Of a DNA stretch of 64,000 nucleotides, positions 1 to 17,594 are shown in pieces. The translations under genes and the position numbers were made by a program. The notes below the pieces were generated by a model. That model made no database searches, was not told the DNA's origin, and saw nothing but the letters and a program-made list of their open reading frames with translations. How positions within the stretch are numbered: the stretch's first letter is position 1; each line of letters begins with the position of its first letter. Location: the NCBI RefSeq assembly GCF_009914755.1, contig NC_060937.1; one strand, 5' to 3'. Source of the DNA: the human T2T-CHM13v2.0 reference genome, Homo sapiens.

Positions 1-907
1 AGGTTAAAAATTCTTGATTTGCTCCTGGACATCTAGAAAGTTCAAACAGGAAATTAAATGGCTCCTTGTACCCCCCAAAAAAATATAGGAGCACTATTAT
101 TTATTATTTGGCAGTTTGACAGAGTAGAGATTAATCACTTTATCAGGTTCTAATTTAAATAAGTCTATATATCTCAAAGGTAATAAATTATAGTTTAAGT
201 TTAGGAATGCACTTAATCATTTCTGCTGATTTTTATTTCTTAGTCAACTATACCTTCTACCCAAAGACATCTATAATTTTGAAATTAAGTGGGAGTTTGT
301 CCAGTGAAGGGAAAAAAAACTTATCAATAAAGAGAAGAATGGACTCAAAATGCTGCAGTTAGTTGTTGTCATAAAATACAAAACGAAACTGGGGACCCTA
401 CTATATTTTAGTTATAAAAATAAAGAACATTTGGATATAATCTTGTGAAAATATCATGGAATTCTACAACATATTAATTATTGATAACTGCACTTTAGGG
501 TATTCTATATCATTAAGTATGAAATAACACAAACATTTGATGTAGCTTTGTGGCATAAGAGAGGCAAGTATAGGAAGCTAGTTAATTATTAACATTCTCG
601 TTTATGCCTTCTCTTTGGAAAACTGTGACGTTGATCTAAAGTATTAGAGGGTATTAGTAAAGTATTAAAGTATTTTCCACTATTAATCTCTTGGGAATAT
701 AAATCAGAGAGCAAAATATGGACAATTCATAGCTGGGATCAGGAGATATCCATACTCTTGACTTTCTCAGAATTTTAAAATATTATCTTCTTGAAGACAG
801 AGGGAATTTTTCGCAACTTGGAGTAAAAGTTATGAAGTAGGGGTGACTATCCTTCTCAATTGTATTAGCTTAATCTCCTGTTATGTCAGAGTAAATGTTT
901 TGAAACA

Positions 908-1074
908 AGAAAGGAAGGAGAGAAGGAAGGAAGGAAGGAAAGAAGGAAGGGAGGGAGGGAGGAAGGGAGAAAGGAAGGGGGGAAGGAAGGAAGGAAAGAA
1001 GGAAGGAAGGAAGGAAAGAAGGAAGGAAGGAAGGAAAGAAGGAAGGAAGGAGGGAGGGAGGGAGGGAGGAAGGA
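908..1074 (+). repeat. (GGAA/GGGA)n polypurine microsatellite
   Basis: Almost pure purine run of GGAA/GGGA/GAAA units; explains the low-complexity ORFs at 843-1106. Confidence 0.95.
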
Positions 1075-1541
1075 GCAAGCCTACTTTCCTCTGTTCTTAA
1101 GGTCACTATCTTAGTTTCCCTAACTTAACTATTCTTCCCAATTACAGTAAGTTCTCTCTTACAGCTAATGTGACTTGTTGAGAATTCAAGTAAGAAGATA
1201 CTACAAACAGAAGGGACCTAAAACCCAGTTTCCTCATACCATCTTGGGATGGCAGCAAGATGTAAAAAAATATATTTTTTGCTATACCTTAAGACCCTCA
1301 GCAATTTAAGTTTCCATTGTCGCAGACTGACATGTCATCTACAGAATGTTTTCTATGCACCCTATTTCTATCAAAATAGAAAAAAAAATCCAAACCCAAA
1401 GGATGAAAGGAAGGATACTTGGTGTCTTTATAAACAAAGACTGCTTGCATCCCTAACAAGTTTATAATCCTGAGGAATAACAAATGATAAAAGCTCTAAA
1501 CAATGAGTTTGAGTTATACCTCCCTTGCAGAATAAAGATTG

Positions 1542-2322
1542 AGGCCAAAAAGCATATGAAAAAAAGCTCAACATCACAGATCATTCCAGAAATGCCAATC
1601 AAAAGCACAATGAGATACCATCTACACGAGTCAGAATGGCTATTATTAAAAAGTCAAAAAAATATCAGGTGCTGGTGAGGCTGTGTAGAAAAGGGAATAC
1701 TTACACACTGTTGGTGGGATTGTAAATTAGTTGAATCATTGTGGGAGGCAGTGTGGCAATTCCTCAAAGACCTAAAACCAGAACTACCAGTCCACCCAGC
1801 AAGCCCATTACTGGGTATATACCCAGAGGAATATAATCACTCTACCATAAAGATACATACACACAAATTTTCATTGCAGCACTATTTACAATAGCAAGAA
1901 GATAGAAGCAGTCTAAATGCCCCTTAATGGTAGAGGAAAAGAAAAGTGTGGTACATATACACCATGGGATACTATGCAGCCATAAAAAAATGAGATCGTG
2001 TCTTTTGTGGGAACATGGATGGAACTGGAGGCCATTATCCTCAGCAAATGAACATGGGAACAAAAAACCAAATACTGCATATTCTCACTTACAGGTGGGA
2101 GCTAAATGATGAGAACACACAAACACATAGAGGGGAACAACACACTGGGCCTTTTGGAGGGTGAAGGGTGGGAGGAGGGAGAGGATCAGGAAAAATAACT
2201 AATGGTTACTAGGCTTAATACCTGGGGTAATGAAATAATCTGTAAAACAAACCCCCATGACACAGGTTTACCTATATAAAAAACCTGCACATGTACCCCT
2301 GAATTTAAAAGTTTTTAAAAAG
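1542..2322 (+). mobile_element. LINE-1 3' end (older L1PA, about L1PA11-16), 5'-truncated
   Basis: ORF2 C-terminal remnant (KHMKKSSTS..MRYHL) followed by L1 3'UTR motif gaggatcaggaaaaataactaat...aacctgcacatgtacccctgaa and A-rich end. Confidence 0.9.
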
Positions 2323-2518
2323 GAAAGTAAATTTTTTTTTTCTGTGAGATGTATGGTAATATTCCCACATATGTTTGCACAAGATCAAATTAAAACTTTT
2401 GAAGTATGGATGGTTTCTGGTTTTAAACCAATCAGTGTAGTTTGCTATAAATTTAGAGAAAATTGAGGAAGGACATATGAATATAATAATTTCTGCTTGT
2501 ACTTACCTGCAAGAGTAG

Positions 2519-2867
2519 TGCAATGGATTGAATATTTGGGTTACTCCAAAATTCATATAGAAATTTAATCCCCAATGCAATAGTATTATAAAGTACCACT
2601 TTGAGGAGATGATAAAGTCATGAGGCTCTGTTCTTATAAAAGGGGTTGAGGGAATGTATTTGGCTGCTTTTTGCCCTTCTACCAAATGAGGACACAGCAA
2701 CAAAGCACTACCTATGATGCAGACAGTGAGGCTTCACTACATCTACTGGTGCCTTGATCATGGACTCCCCAGCATCCAAGACTGTGATAAAGAAGTTTCT
2801 ATTATTTATATAATACCTAGTCTAAGGTATTATAGCTTTATTATAGTTGCCCACATGAACTGAGACA
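2519..2867 (+). mobile_element. MaLR solo LTR (MLT1A/MSTD-like)
   Basis: TG...CA ends; ccaaaattcata..aatttaatccccaatgcaa, gaggacacagcaa, gccttgatcatggact motifs. Confidence 0.8.
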
Positions 2868-3854
2868 AGCTCTTAATGTACATTTTATATTAAGATATTG
2901 AATTATGGGTACTTTAAAACTGCCATTCAGTGTATATTTTATAATTAAAAAACCTCACAAAGCTAAGTAGATGATTTACTTTGTAACACAGTTGCATTGC
3001 ATTAAGCGTATAAAATTAATACACCTGGATACATGTATTTAATTGCTAGTACGATTTATATCTGTGAGGATAGAATTACCAACAACTTTCATTTTTCCAG
3101 GAATTATTTGAATTGCATTTTAGTAGTCGCTATAAATTGTAAAAATAAATGTTTTTACAATGTGTATTGACAATAACTACAGCAACAATAACATTATTTT
3201 TCCTGATTTTTTAGATCTGTAGCTAGTTATTGAATCTGTATAAATATGATCAAATAAATGCTTAGAGATTCAAACTTTGATCAATTAAATTAGCAAAAGT
3301 CATACTTAGTGTTAAAATTCATCCTGATATCAGCATGTGGTAGATCCGCTGAATTAAACCAAATTTTCCACCCAAACAGGTTAATTAGTGCTAATTAGCA
3401 AACTCATTCATTTTGCTAATCTCTGCCAGGCTCTGTGACTCTTCTGAATATTAGACAGATGTTATCTTCTAGCACTGCTGAAAATTCCCTACAGAGAGAC
3501 TCTTCCAACTCCTTTTTCAACGGCCCTTTGTTCCTAACAATTACAACTCTTGTCACCTTTGGGATAATTCCCTGGATAACATCTATTTTTTAATTTTTAA
3601 AACAGATATAGAAATAATTAGACCAAAAATATAGATTAATTCACATTTTATCAACCGCTTTTGTTCCCATTATCCCATTTTGCTCTAGTCAACTACACTC
3701 TTAAATGATTTATTGCTATTATTTTATTGCTAAAGTAAAAAACATTTTTGTTCAACCAAGTTCATGTAATTTGAAGCTTATAAGGGCTTCAACTTACATG
3801 AACTTACATAGCTTCAACTCAGGTCTTCTGAGTGCAACTGTGTATCATTTACAT

Positions 3855-3856
<2 letters not shown>

Positions 3857-3886
<30 letters not shown>
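3857..3886 (+). repeat. (CA)n microsatellite
   Basis: Direct sequence. Confidence 0.95.
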
Positions 3887-3888
<2 letters not shown>

Positions 3889-5149
3889 AATTTCATTCTA
3901 AATGTAACTTTGTATTATTCACATTGGTATAACACTGCAATGTGTATTGGAGTGTCATTTCAATAAATAGCTTTGATTTAAATTGCTCAGTAATATATAC
4001 AAAGTACTGTTCAAAGCTTTGTGAGCTCAATAGTCATTTCTCCTCTCATTTAATGTACAGTTTTGTGAGATGTAAAATTATAATTATTACTAGTAATGTA
4101 TACAGTTTTTTTTTGCTTCCTTAAAAAATGTATCACTAAACATGGATGGGATTGAGAAGACTGAGCACAGGCACCAGAATCAAAATTAAGTCAGTCTTCC
4201 ACCTCTCTTTAATGAAAGTCAGATTTTAAGTAAGTTACTTAACTCTCAGAGTCTCATTTTTTTTTACCATCATGATGAATTATTTTAGCAAGGAAATAAC
4301 TAATGCTTTGAAAATATAACTTAGAATGCTTCTCACAAGTAACTGTGCAATTAGTGTTTGCTACCTTTAAATTATCATCTCAATGAAGAGACAAATTTAA
4401 GTGCTTATTCAGCATTTTCTTATTTAAATAAACATAATGTTCTGAGGATATTCAGTGACCCCCAGAAAATTCAGCGCTACAAATGGAAGCACCTACAATA
4501 GCTGTAAAATATTCACTATTTAAGAGTGAGAATTAATTAAAAAGTAATTTTCAGTTTGATTATGAAAGTAAAGGCTTGAGGATGAAATTTTGATATTGCT
4601 ATTTGTGTATCTTTTGTTCACATCCTGATGTCCATTTGCCATTTGTTTGCAAAGTTTGTATCTCTGTTGCACATATAATTGGATAAATTGGTATCTATCT
4701 CTCTATCTATCTAATATATCCATATATATGTATATGTGTGTGTGAAGTAAGCTACCTTGAGAGCAAGAGTAACCTTTTTTCCAAGTGACAAAACAAGTCC
4801 AAGTGATACAAGAAGGAAATTGAGGAAATAATATATATTTATAAAAATATATAATATAGATGTATAGAATTTTAAAATGTAAATCATAAAATGTCAATAT
4901 TTGAGTGTGGACAAGAAGAATATTTTAAAACACCATTTTACTGTAATTTTCTAATTATTTTCTATTATTAAATGTTGCTTCCATAATTTCTATGTGCTTT
5001 TTGGTAGAAGCTTCATTTCACATTACACCATTGATGCCTCCTCTCCATTACTCTCCATTGCCCAGTAGTTTGTTTGCATACTTTCTTCATGTGAAGTGCC
5101 CCAACTCACAACGTATGTGTAGCTATTTTAATATCAGATTATCTTGCAT

Positions 5150-5292
5150 TTCAGTAGAATACAGGTAACCATGAAAATGTATGCTTCTCAAAGGCAATGA
5201 TTTTTATTGTTTTTGTCACTATTATTTCATCATTGCCAAGAAGAGTGTGTGATACTAAGTATATATTCAGCTAATATTTTAAGTTAATTAAT
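5150..5292 (+). mobile_element. L2 3'-end fragment
   Basis: Degenerate match to the L2 3' terminus (..ttgtcactatt..gccaagaagagtgtgtgatactaagta..ctaatatttt). Confidence 0.5.
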
Positions 5293-6139
5293 AAGACAAT
5301 CACCAGAATAAATAAATGCATGCTTTGTTACTATATTGAGACAGATCTAATTATTTTTAAACTCTAAATAAGAGTTACAAATGAATAGTTCATGGCTGTT
5401 CATTAAGTATTTTGAATGGATAAGTGTCTCTCTGCTTGAAAATGTAATCCTGGACTTATAGTACTAAGCCTAAAGAGTACAAGGATTTTAAATGATTGCC
5501 AGCCTTTTATGTATTTGTTTGTCTCAACATGCAAACCAGTAGTATTTAACAGACTCTGATAACTAAAAATGCTTTAAAAGAGTGGAGTCCTGAGAGAGAA
5601 TAAGAGAATGATACTCCATAGGGAAGAGATATAGAAGCTCTAAAAGTAGAATGCATGTTTACTTAAACATTTCCCACATTCCCTAAATTTATGTTATTTG
5701 TCTCAAAAAGAACATGTTTTTAGCCAACTGTCTGCCTCTGATCATTGTTGCTCATTAATACGAATTGATTAGCTGTGGAAATAGGTTTAGAGAAACATTG
5801 TGATCTTACCTTTAATTTTGTGATAAGGTTGGCCTCCTGGGTAGAACAAATAATGTTACCTCTTTGGGTCCTAATCCTGGGCAATGGGTGCTGAAAATAT
5901 GTCTTTTCTTTATGAATAAATAAATAATATATGTACACATACATACATATGTTTTTATTTTTACATATATGTGTATGGGTGTGTGTGTGTGTAATGATAT
6001 CCCATATGGCCTATGGAAAATATGATCATTCCCTCTTATCTCAAGCACAATTAACTCTAGCTCCCTAAATTTCACATAGGATCTAAATCATTCTACAGAC
6101 AGATCCGTTTATATTTATTTTATTTTGAATAAAAGTATT

Positions 6140-6585
6140 ATAAAGCCATCCTGAATCCTTTCTGTCTTCTGGATCCACCATCCACCTTTACCCTTCTTGC
6201 TTTCTGCCTCAGAAGAAGACCATTATGACTAGAAATATGAGGGGGCTCCTGTGACCTCTTTCTTTTTTGTACCATTTTTTATTTCATTAATTTCTCTTGT
6301 GAGGCTAACTTGGATTTACTGTGTCACTTGGACAGAAGATCATTGCTTCTCTCAAGTTAGCTTACTTCATTTTACTGACTTGCTATGAATTCTAGTAACC
6401 TCCCCTTTCCCTTGTTCCTTCAGACTTGCAGGCAGTGATAATCCACCTCTTCCAGCTTAGGGTTCCTGTGCTAATCATTATGGTTTGTTTTATCTAACCT
6501 ATACCTTCATAAAATAGTTTTTGTAAATGTTCTAATTATCTTAATTTGATTATATTATATTTATCTAGTTGTGGCTTTGATAATA
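6140..6585 (+). mobile_element. Ancient ERVL LTR (LTR33-like)
   Basis: ttctagtaacctcccctttcccttgttccttcagact...ttgtaaat..aattatcttaatttga resembles the LTR33 3' half; directly followed by ERVL-like internal sequence. Confidence 0.6.
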
Positions 6586-6589
6586 ATTT

Positions 6590-8735
6590 ACATTAGAATT
6601 ATCCCAGAAAATATGAACTCATAATGAGATTCTAGGGTTGGTTGGCTCAAATTTTCAAGGCAAAGCATGTTCAAGCCAAATTCTTGACACATAGGACTAA
6701 TCCATAGCAAAAGGGGTACAACAATTTCTCATATTGTCACCAGTAGTAACATAGGATGAATTATAGGTAGAAAGTATAATATTCAGAGAGAAAGTGGTTG
6801 TGGTATTTAGTTACTATAGCAACTAGATTGATTATAAAGATTTTAGAATCACCTTTCTTTGTACAGCTCTAGAGAACACAGAGAAAAGAAAGATTATCAA
6901 TATCCAGTGAAGCATGCACCTAGAAAAGGAAGTTTTAAAAAGTTCTCTCAGCTTCTGTAATAACAGGGAAGGACCTTTAATATGAGAAACAATATACACC
7001 TTGCAGACCTTCAGCACAAAATTGAATGCTCTCTCATTTTAGACATTTTATGCTAAAGTACTTACTTTACTCTCATGGGGACAAAAGCAGGATCCCCCAC
7101 CAAGAGAAGGGATGAGAATTTGGGGAAAGATATTGGTAAGTTTAAGAACCTTGAAACTCTACATTTTCCTGAATTTCCTATGCTCCTACCCCTATCCAGG
7201 ATATGATCTCTGAATGCAAACATTTTAATGGCTACATTCAGAAAGTTTTCTCAGAAACAGAGGTCAAATATACTTAGATGTGCCCACATGGCCTTTCATT
7301 CCTTCAAGTCCCTAATGAGAGTCAAACACAACAAATCTCTGATGGAGAAGTGCAAGTCTTGAGCCATGAGAAAATTGCCTTGACATTGAAAGACTTATAA
7401 GCCTGGGAAGCATTTTTGGAAGTGATTCTAGTACGACACATCAAAGAAGACATAATAAAAACTTGATTTGGTCAAATGTATTAAAAATAGAGTACAGCAT
7501 TTGAGCATTAAAGTATTGACTGGATTGACAGAGAGCAATAATAATCTACTAGTTGTGCTCTTGATAGCTGTACTAAAAAACATTAATTAATAACATGAAA
7601 ATGCTGGAATTTCATTGTATGTTGAAGAGAATGGAGTCTGAAGAGTTAATATTGAAATGTTAAAGCTAGTCTATTATGTGCGTGTTGCTCAGCTGTTCCT
7701 AAGAATATCTCCCAACCGGGCCTTCCATTACCAAATATTAAGAAGAGCGTTTTGACCTTCAAGAGCTTTGTATATTGGAGATGACTAAGAGTGATAATAC
7801 ACTGGACACACATAGCCTGATGTCATTGGCGTAATAAGATCTAAAGATGTAGAAGCAAGTTGGCAATAATTAACCATCAGGGACAGCATGGTTATAATTA
7901 CCACAATAAAGTTACATTCACATAAATTAAATTAGATGTTTTTTAAGCACAGTGATTTGTGAGAATAACTAAATGATCTCAGGGTTCCTAAATATTAAAT
8001 AGAATTTCAGCTTCCAAAAGTACTGCTTGACTTACGTACCAAAAATTGTTCTATGTCTGCTGAGATCTACTCAGCAGAAAACCAACTTGACTATAATAAT
8101 GGCTAGTCTAATAGCCAGGTAGAGTTTCTTAGATATAGACTCCAAATGGGAGCTGATTTTTTGATTTTTGGTTACTACTACAGTTTTTCCACCCAGAGTA
8201 AAGATTTGTAGCAGTTATCTGGTAAATGAATTCTTGGTCTGATTCTAAAGTAGGTTTAGTGAGGCAATTGTTTCCTTGAATTATTTCCTCAATTCTGAAA
8301 TGAAAAGTTGGAACCTACATATTTGATGCGTAACAGAATACTCACTTTGATTTCTTAACCCATGAAGTGAGGGAAACATGCCAAATGGAAGTTCCATGTT
8401 TGAGTTTCTCTTTCCTTCAGCCAAGATAGTAAACCAAAAGTAATGCCACATTTGTGCAGGAATTGCAGAGATCAATGTCAATTAAAGTCTTTATTTTTAT
8501 TTTACTTTTTCAATTTAAATGTATCCATGGGTTTTGGGGAGACAGGTGATATTTGATTACATGAGTAAGTTCTTCAGTGGTGATTTGTGAGATTTTGGTG
8601 CACCCATTACCCAAGCAGTATACACTGAACCCAATCCATGTGCCTGATCTCATCCATTTAGAATCTTTAGAGATACATGCTTGCTAATTTCCACCATATC
8701 TCCTTTTAACTCATCTATTTGTCCAATGAACAGTC
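6590..8735 (+). mobile_element. ERVL-class internal fossil (ERV3-16A3/HERV16-like; degenerate gag and start of pol)
   Basis: Degenerate pol motifs KIVNQK..GIAEI (8423-8475) and ..TISPFNSSICP (8690-8728) match ERVL RT N-terminus; gag C-terminal-like segment near 7820-8050; many stops. Confidence 0.7.
8494..8657 (-). mobile_element. Short L1PB 3'-end insertion inside ERVL pol
   Basis: T-rich tail then ttacatgagtaagttcttcagtggtgatttgtgagattttggtgcaccc (L1PB 3'UTR antisense); degenerate TSD ttaaagtcttta (8482-8493) / ttagaatcttta (8658-8669). Confidence 0.8.
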
Positions 8736-8859
8736 CACTAGTTAAGGTATATTATCTGTGACTTAGATATTCAGTCATTCAGTGCCTTGCAAATGACAGC
8801 TCAACAAAATTTCTTAAATGAGGGCAGAAACATACAAATATTGAGGTCTGGATTCAAAC

Positions 8860-9020
8860 CTCACACAATGTCCATTCCAATGTGTTTTATTGTCAAAGCA
8901 AATCCAGAGGCTATCCCATAGTCAAGGGATAAAGAAAAAGACTCAAAATGTTTATGGAAGGAGCAACAACATTATAATACAAAGTTGTCTGCATATGGGA
9001 AGAAGTGGATGATTTCCAAC
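8860..9020 (-). mobile_element. Old MLT1 LTR fragment
   Basis: tattgtcaaagcaaatcc..gtcaagggat...agactc..tggaaggagc resembles MLT1 antisense. Confidence 0.45.
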
Positions 9021-11531
9021 ATTTTTATACTTTGATATGAATGACAATGGTTGTGACCAATGATTAACTAGGGTTCCTCCTATCATACTCTTGCTCATTA
9101 ATATTAGTCAAAGGAAAACTTCAGAAATCCAATGGAGACGAGATTGCAAGAAATATGATGCTGTGGGAATATCAAGTATAGTAGATATCACAGTCAAAGT
9201 GTTAGAAGATGCCAAGGAAAAAAGGGAATTTGTAAATGTACAGGACACAAATAATTTTACATCATCATCAAGGGTAGAAACAATATGGGAACTATATTCT
9301 TATTCTTTGTTACTCACTTATTATTTTCATCTCTGTTTTACTCCATGATCTTATATAAAAACCATTATGTGCGGCTGACGTTTAATTTTCAGGTGGGGAT
9401 ATGGCTAAGCAAATATCATCATACATTAATATGGTTTTGGTCATCCTTTGAGTCAATAACACAAATTTTTAATCTAGAAAAGATATCCAAGAGGATCCTG
9501 AAAATTTACATAATACTGTACTGAATATCTGCCTGTTATCTCCCAGGGTTTCAAGAAGCATGGACTGAGAGTTATTCAATGCTTTCTGGCTCTCATTTAT
9601 TTTAGTCACAAGATGCTCTGGCAGTGATCAGAGAAATGGAGGAGAAGGAAGTAATTTTTCTTAAGGCATCCTGCTGAAAAAAATTCCTTCTTCTAAGGCC
9701 ATTGAAGTTATTACCAATATTCAACACTGTGCATTATATAGAATTTCTGGTAGCTATAAATAATGCAACCTTACTACAGATGACGTGGTCACTCATGAAC
9801 AGTTTAAAGGTATTCACAAAAGATCAAATCAACAAGAATCTTTTCAATAGATATTTTGGTGAATTTCCAAAATGCCTGTATCATTATTTATGTTTTATTA
9901 GATAACTCTCAGAATATATTTTTAAAAATCAATGAAACTAAATATTTGACATAAACAAAAAATGATAGACTATACTGTAACCATTACCTTGTCTATAGTT
10001 TCTTTGGATTTTAGTGTTGTACGGCAGATATATTTTTTTTAATTAACTTGAAAAGATTGGTAAAGTTTCAGTAACTTACTTCTTTCTGGCTTCATACCCT
10101 TTGAGATGTGCTTTCAGAACCAATCGTTCTCTCAGCTCTGGATACCTGTTCTGAGTTGCATCCATTTTAATTTCTCTTCCTATTAACCCAGAAGGGATAC
10201 AGTTCTCTTAGTTCAACACCATCTCTACACGAAGAACAGTTCTACATGCACTTCAGAGAGCTCCTTGCACGACGTTCATAGTCGGTATTCAGAGGAAGGG
10301 GTAAAGGAAGATGGTAAAGCCATATATGCATTAGTGGGTGGGTTTCCAGGAGGCAAGTGAAAAGGACATCCTGGAGAGCTTGCTCTGAGCAATTAGGGCT
10401 CAGCTAGTTTGAAAGGGGAAGCAAAAATATATGGCAGAAGAACTTAGAAGCAGAAATGGGTTTTTACCAAAAACATTAACATTTGAATATTAAAAATAGC
10501 ATGATCTTATGATAGAAAATAAAAGCTGAGCAATTGCAATCCTTATTTCCAATGTAAAGAATGCTAATGTTCTATCATAAAGTAATGAGTGTTCCATACA
10601 ATATTTTTAAAGCTTAAATGATTTTTGGAAACCTCGAAATCTGTATTCCTTTTCTTGGTAAGTCACAAATTATACTAACACGTTAAAAAGCATGATGAAA
10701 ATCTAAAGAAAAAAATACTTCTTTAAAATCACAAAAATCCTTCAGAAACACAAAAGGTAAACATTTCATGGATGTGGAACTGTGAGAACTTACTTGTCCT
10801 TTGAAAGTATATATTAAAATATGCTTATCTGAGGTAATATTATGTGTCATATAATAAGGAAAGAATTGTGTGTGAGATTGTGTTACTAGTAACAGATATC
10901 TTGAACATATTTCTTTAAGTCAGAGAAATACTGATGGAATATAAACAGAAACAAAAAAAGTGTTTGGATAAGACGAGATGTGAAGAATCAAGAAAATGCT
11001 ATTTATGCAAAAATAAAATAATAGTCAAAAAATGTAATATAGTTGGAAAACCAGTTATCATGGATGGTGATTTAGAATTTGTATAGAATAAATACTTTTT
11101 TGACAAACTCTTAGATGTAGCTACTTTAAAATACATTTTAAAAGCCTACTGTATAACATGTTAAGTGCTTTGCATTTTATATACTATTTAATTTTAATCA
11201 CCAAATCCCAGGAAAAAATGAGTATCAAAAATGAGAAAATTAAAGTTTAAAATTTTTGTTATGGAATATAACATTAGATTTTGCCAAACACTTTCTCTTT
11301 TATCTTATTGCTCTGCCCCATGGCTTACGGCTAAATTGTATTTTAGAAAAAAATTGCAACATGTTCTGGCATGAGAGTATAAAGCAAATGTTACTTTTAA
11401 ATTTGAGTTTGATTGTATGGTAGCTATTTATAATTTTCTGTTGAAGATCACATTATTTAAATTCATTTTTTCCCTTAATCTATTGGTTTGTCCTGATTCT
11501 TAAACAAGTGGGTTAGAAGATGTAAATTCTT

Positions 11532-14568
<3,037 letters not shown>

Positions 14569-15518
14569 AGAAGATGTATATTCTTAACAACATCTTGGAT
14601 TGAAGCATTCCTTGTTTACTGTGTCTGTCCAGATATTCCTGAGAAAAAGTACATTTGCCTTTATTCTTATCTATTATTATCCTCACAAAAGTATTAGCAT
14701 TTAAATATAATAGCATCTTTCATAAACTTTTTGAAAATGTCAACATCTAAACAATCTTCTTCATAAAATATTTGATTGCATTCACTGGTGGAAGAGAAAG
14801 TACTTGAGCCAGTAGTTTAGTTTGTATGAAAACTTATAATAAAAATTTCACTTTGTTGAATCAATAAGGGCTATTCAGATCTTTCATTTTTTACTATGTT
14901 AATTTTGGTAAATTAGAATTTTACATGAATTTATTCATTTTAAATTTATTGCTTCTAAACATACAAATTTTTCTTATTGTCCTTTTAATACCTGTAATAT
15001 ATGTAGTGCCATTTCCTTTTTTATTGTAGTGTTAATTTGTTTTTTCTTTCTTTTTGCAAATAACCAACTTTTTGCTTAGTTGGCATTCTCTAATGTTTGT
15101 CAGTTTTTGTCCTTATTTTATTGTTTCCTGTTTACTGCTTACTCCTTGTTTTATTTATTATTCTTAAGCTAATGTTTAAAAATGAAGTTTAGATCACCAA
15201 TTTTAAGCTTCTTTCCCCATGTTACATGAACTTTCACAAATATAGATTTTTTTCTACAGAACTATAAGGTGGAGCACAAATTCTGATTTTCTGTATATTT
15301 AATATAACTCAGTAAATGGTCCATGTTATTTATTCTATAATTGATATATTCTTTAGAAAAGACCTACTTAATTTTCAAAAATTTTGGGTTTTCAATGATA
15401 TCTTATTACATATGTTAATTTAATTTAGTTGGGGTCAAATAATATATATGGATCTTTAAGAGCCTTTACAATTTATTGAAAATCTGTTCATGTACTACTA
15501 TCATGTCGTCCTTAGTGA

Positions 15519-15789
<271 letters not shown>

Positions 15790-15877
15790 TGTTGGTCGTA
15801 TGTTTTTAAACTTTCATTTCATTTTTTTTTGTCCAAGCTATCACTTATCAGTGCTTTGTTTTAATATTCAAAAGTAC

Positions 15878-16367
15878 TGTGTATTACTTTCTTAGGGCTG
15901 CCATAACAAATTATCACAAACTGGGTGTTTTAAAACAATAAAAAATATCCTCTCACAGTCCTTAAAACTAGAAGTCCAAAATCCAAGTGTCAGAAGAGTT
16001 GGCTGATCCTGTAAGTTTTGAGGGAGAAACTATTTCATGCCTCTCCCCTAGTTTCTACTGTTTGCTGGCAATGCTTGGTGTTTCTTGCATTGTAGATCTG
16101 TCACTTTCATGTTTATGTCTGTCTTCACATGACTTTTCTGCTGTGTGACTATGTCTTCACATTATCTTATTTTGTGGTTGTCTGTGTTCAAATTTTCCTC
16201 TTATAAGGACAACGATCATTGAATTAGTGCTCACCATAAGCCAGTATGACCCCTTCTTAACTTGATTAAAGCAGCTTGATCCTATTTTTAAATGTGGTCA
16301 CATTCACAGGCACCTGGTGTCAGGATTTCAACATTTTTTAAGAATGGACATATTTCAACTGACAACA
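15878..16367 (-). mobile_element. MLT1C-like solo LTR
   Basis: tgtatta..ttagggctgccataacaaattatcacaaactgggtg..ctagaagtccaaatccaagtgtcag. Confidence 0.85.
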
Positions 16368-17594
16368 TATGGTTACTACTTTTAGTCTTTAAACAGAATT
16401 TGAACTTAAACATAATACATAAACATATCTAGGTAATAGCAAGCATTCAAAATTCTTTGTGATTTTCTGTGTAGCTATTTCTATCGTCAATTTTTAATAA
16501 ATATTGTATTCAAGAGAGAACAAAATATATATAATGAGGCGCCATTTATGTCATCAATTGTGGTGTTTCATATAATGTTAATAAAGTTTGTTGATTATTA
16601 TGTTGAACCTTTCATATTCCTAAATTTTTGTCTGCTTCACCTGTCTTAAATTGAGAAATGTATATTTAAAGCTCAGTATGATGAGAATTGGACAATTGGT
16701 AACTGGTGTTACATACATATCTATCAAAGTCTACTTTTGCATATGCATGCAAATAAACTCCCAAACAAAAATACCCAATTCAGTCTTCACTACTTTACTT
16801 TCATGTACTTTACAAACTTGTGTTTTAGTAGTGCCCTTTTAAAATGAAATATTTTTTACTTTTTACATTTAATCTTTGTTTTTAATTGGTGAGGTTAGTC
16901 CTTATGTTTGTTGTGATTAGATACAATGTTTTCTTATTTTATACTATTTTTAACTTCTAATTATTCTATCTTTTTGTATGCTATTTATTTTTCCTTTACA
17001 AATATATTATTTTTTCCTTTACTGGTTTGTATGCTAATTTGGTCTCCTTCAATTTATCCATAGGCTTTCTTTTGTTACATATCATGATATGTAACAAAAT
17101 GCAAACTTATTATATTAACTATCATTGTAAACAACACAAGGTTATCAAAAAGGTTTATAACAATCATCCTCAGATTACTTGCATGTTGTTTGTTTACAGT
17201 ACTTCATATTGTACTTTTCTCTCATATAAAATAGACAGTATCATCAATATCATCATTATCATTTTGTAAAGATAGAGCTTATTTTATTTACATTTATTTA
17301 CATTTATCCACATGTTTAAAGATTATTGGCTTCTATATTTGTTTATTTTTCCCATCCTTGCCCTTCTAGCTCAGGCATTCTTTCTAGGGTAATTCTTCGT
17401 GTTTTCAAAGTACATCCTAATGAACTTATACTGATAAATTATATTTTTAATCTCAACACATTTTTCTCAAATAATATTATAAGAAAGTGGTTGCTGGTAC
17501 AAATGATGTTGTTCAGTTATTCTATATCTTTGCTGATAGGCTGTTAAGTATTTCTATCAGTCATTGAGAGGGTTATTGCCTTAGTCCTTATTGC

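Noticed and set aside
10200-10440. Slightly GC/CpG-richer unique stretch as exon or pseudogene
   Set aside because: No ORF of 60 aa or more in the track, no recognisable homology and no convincing splice pair.
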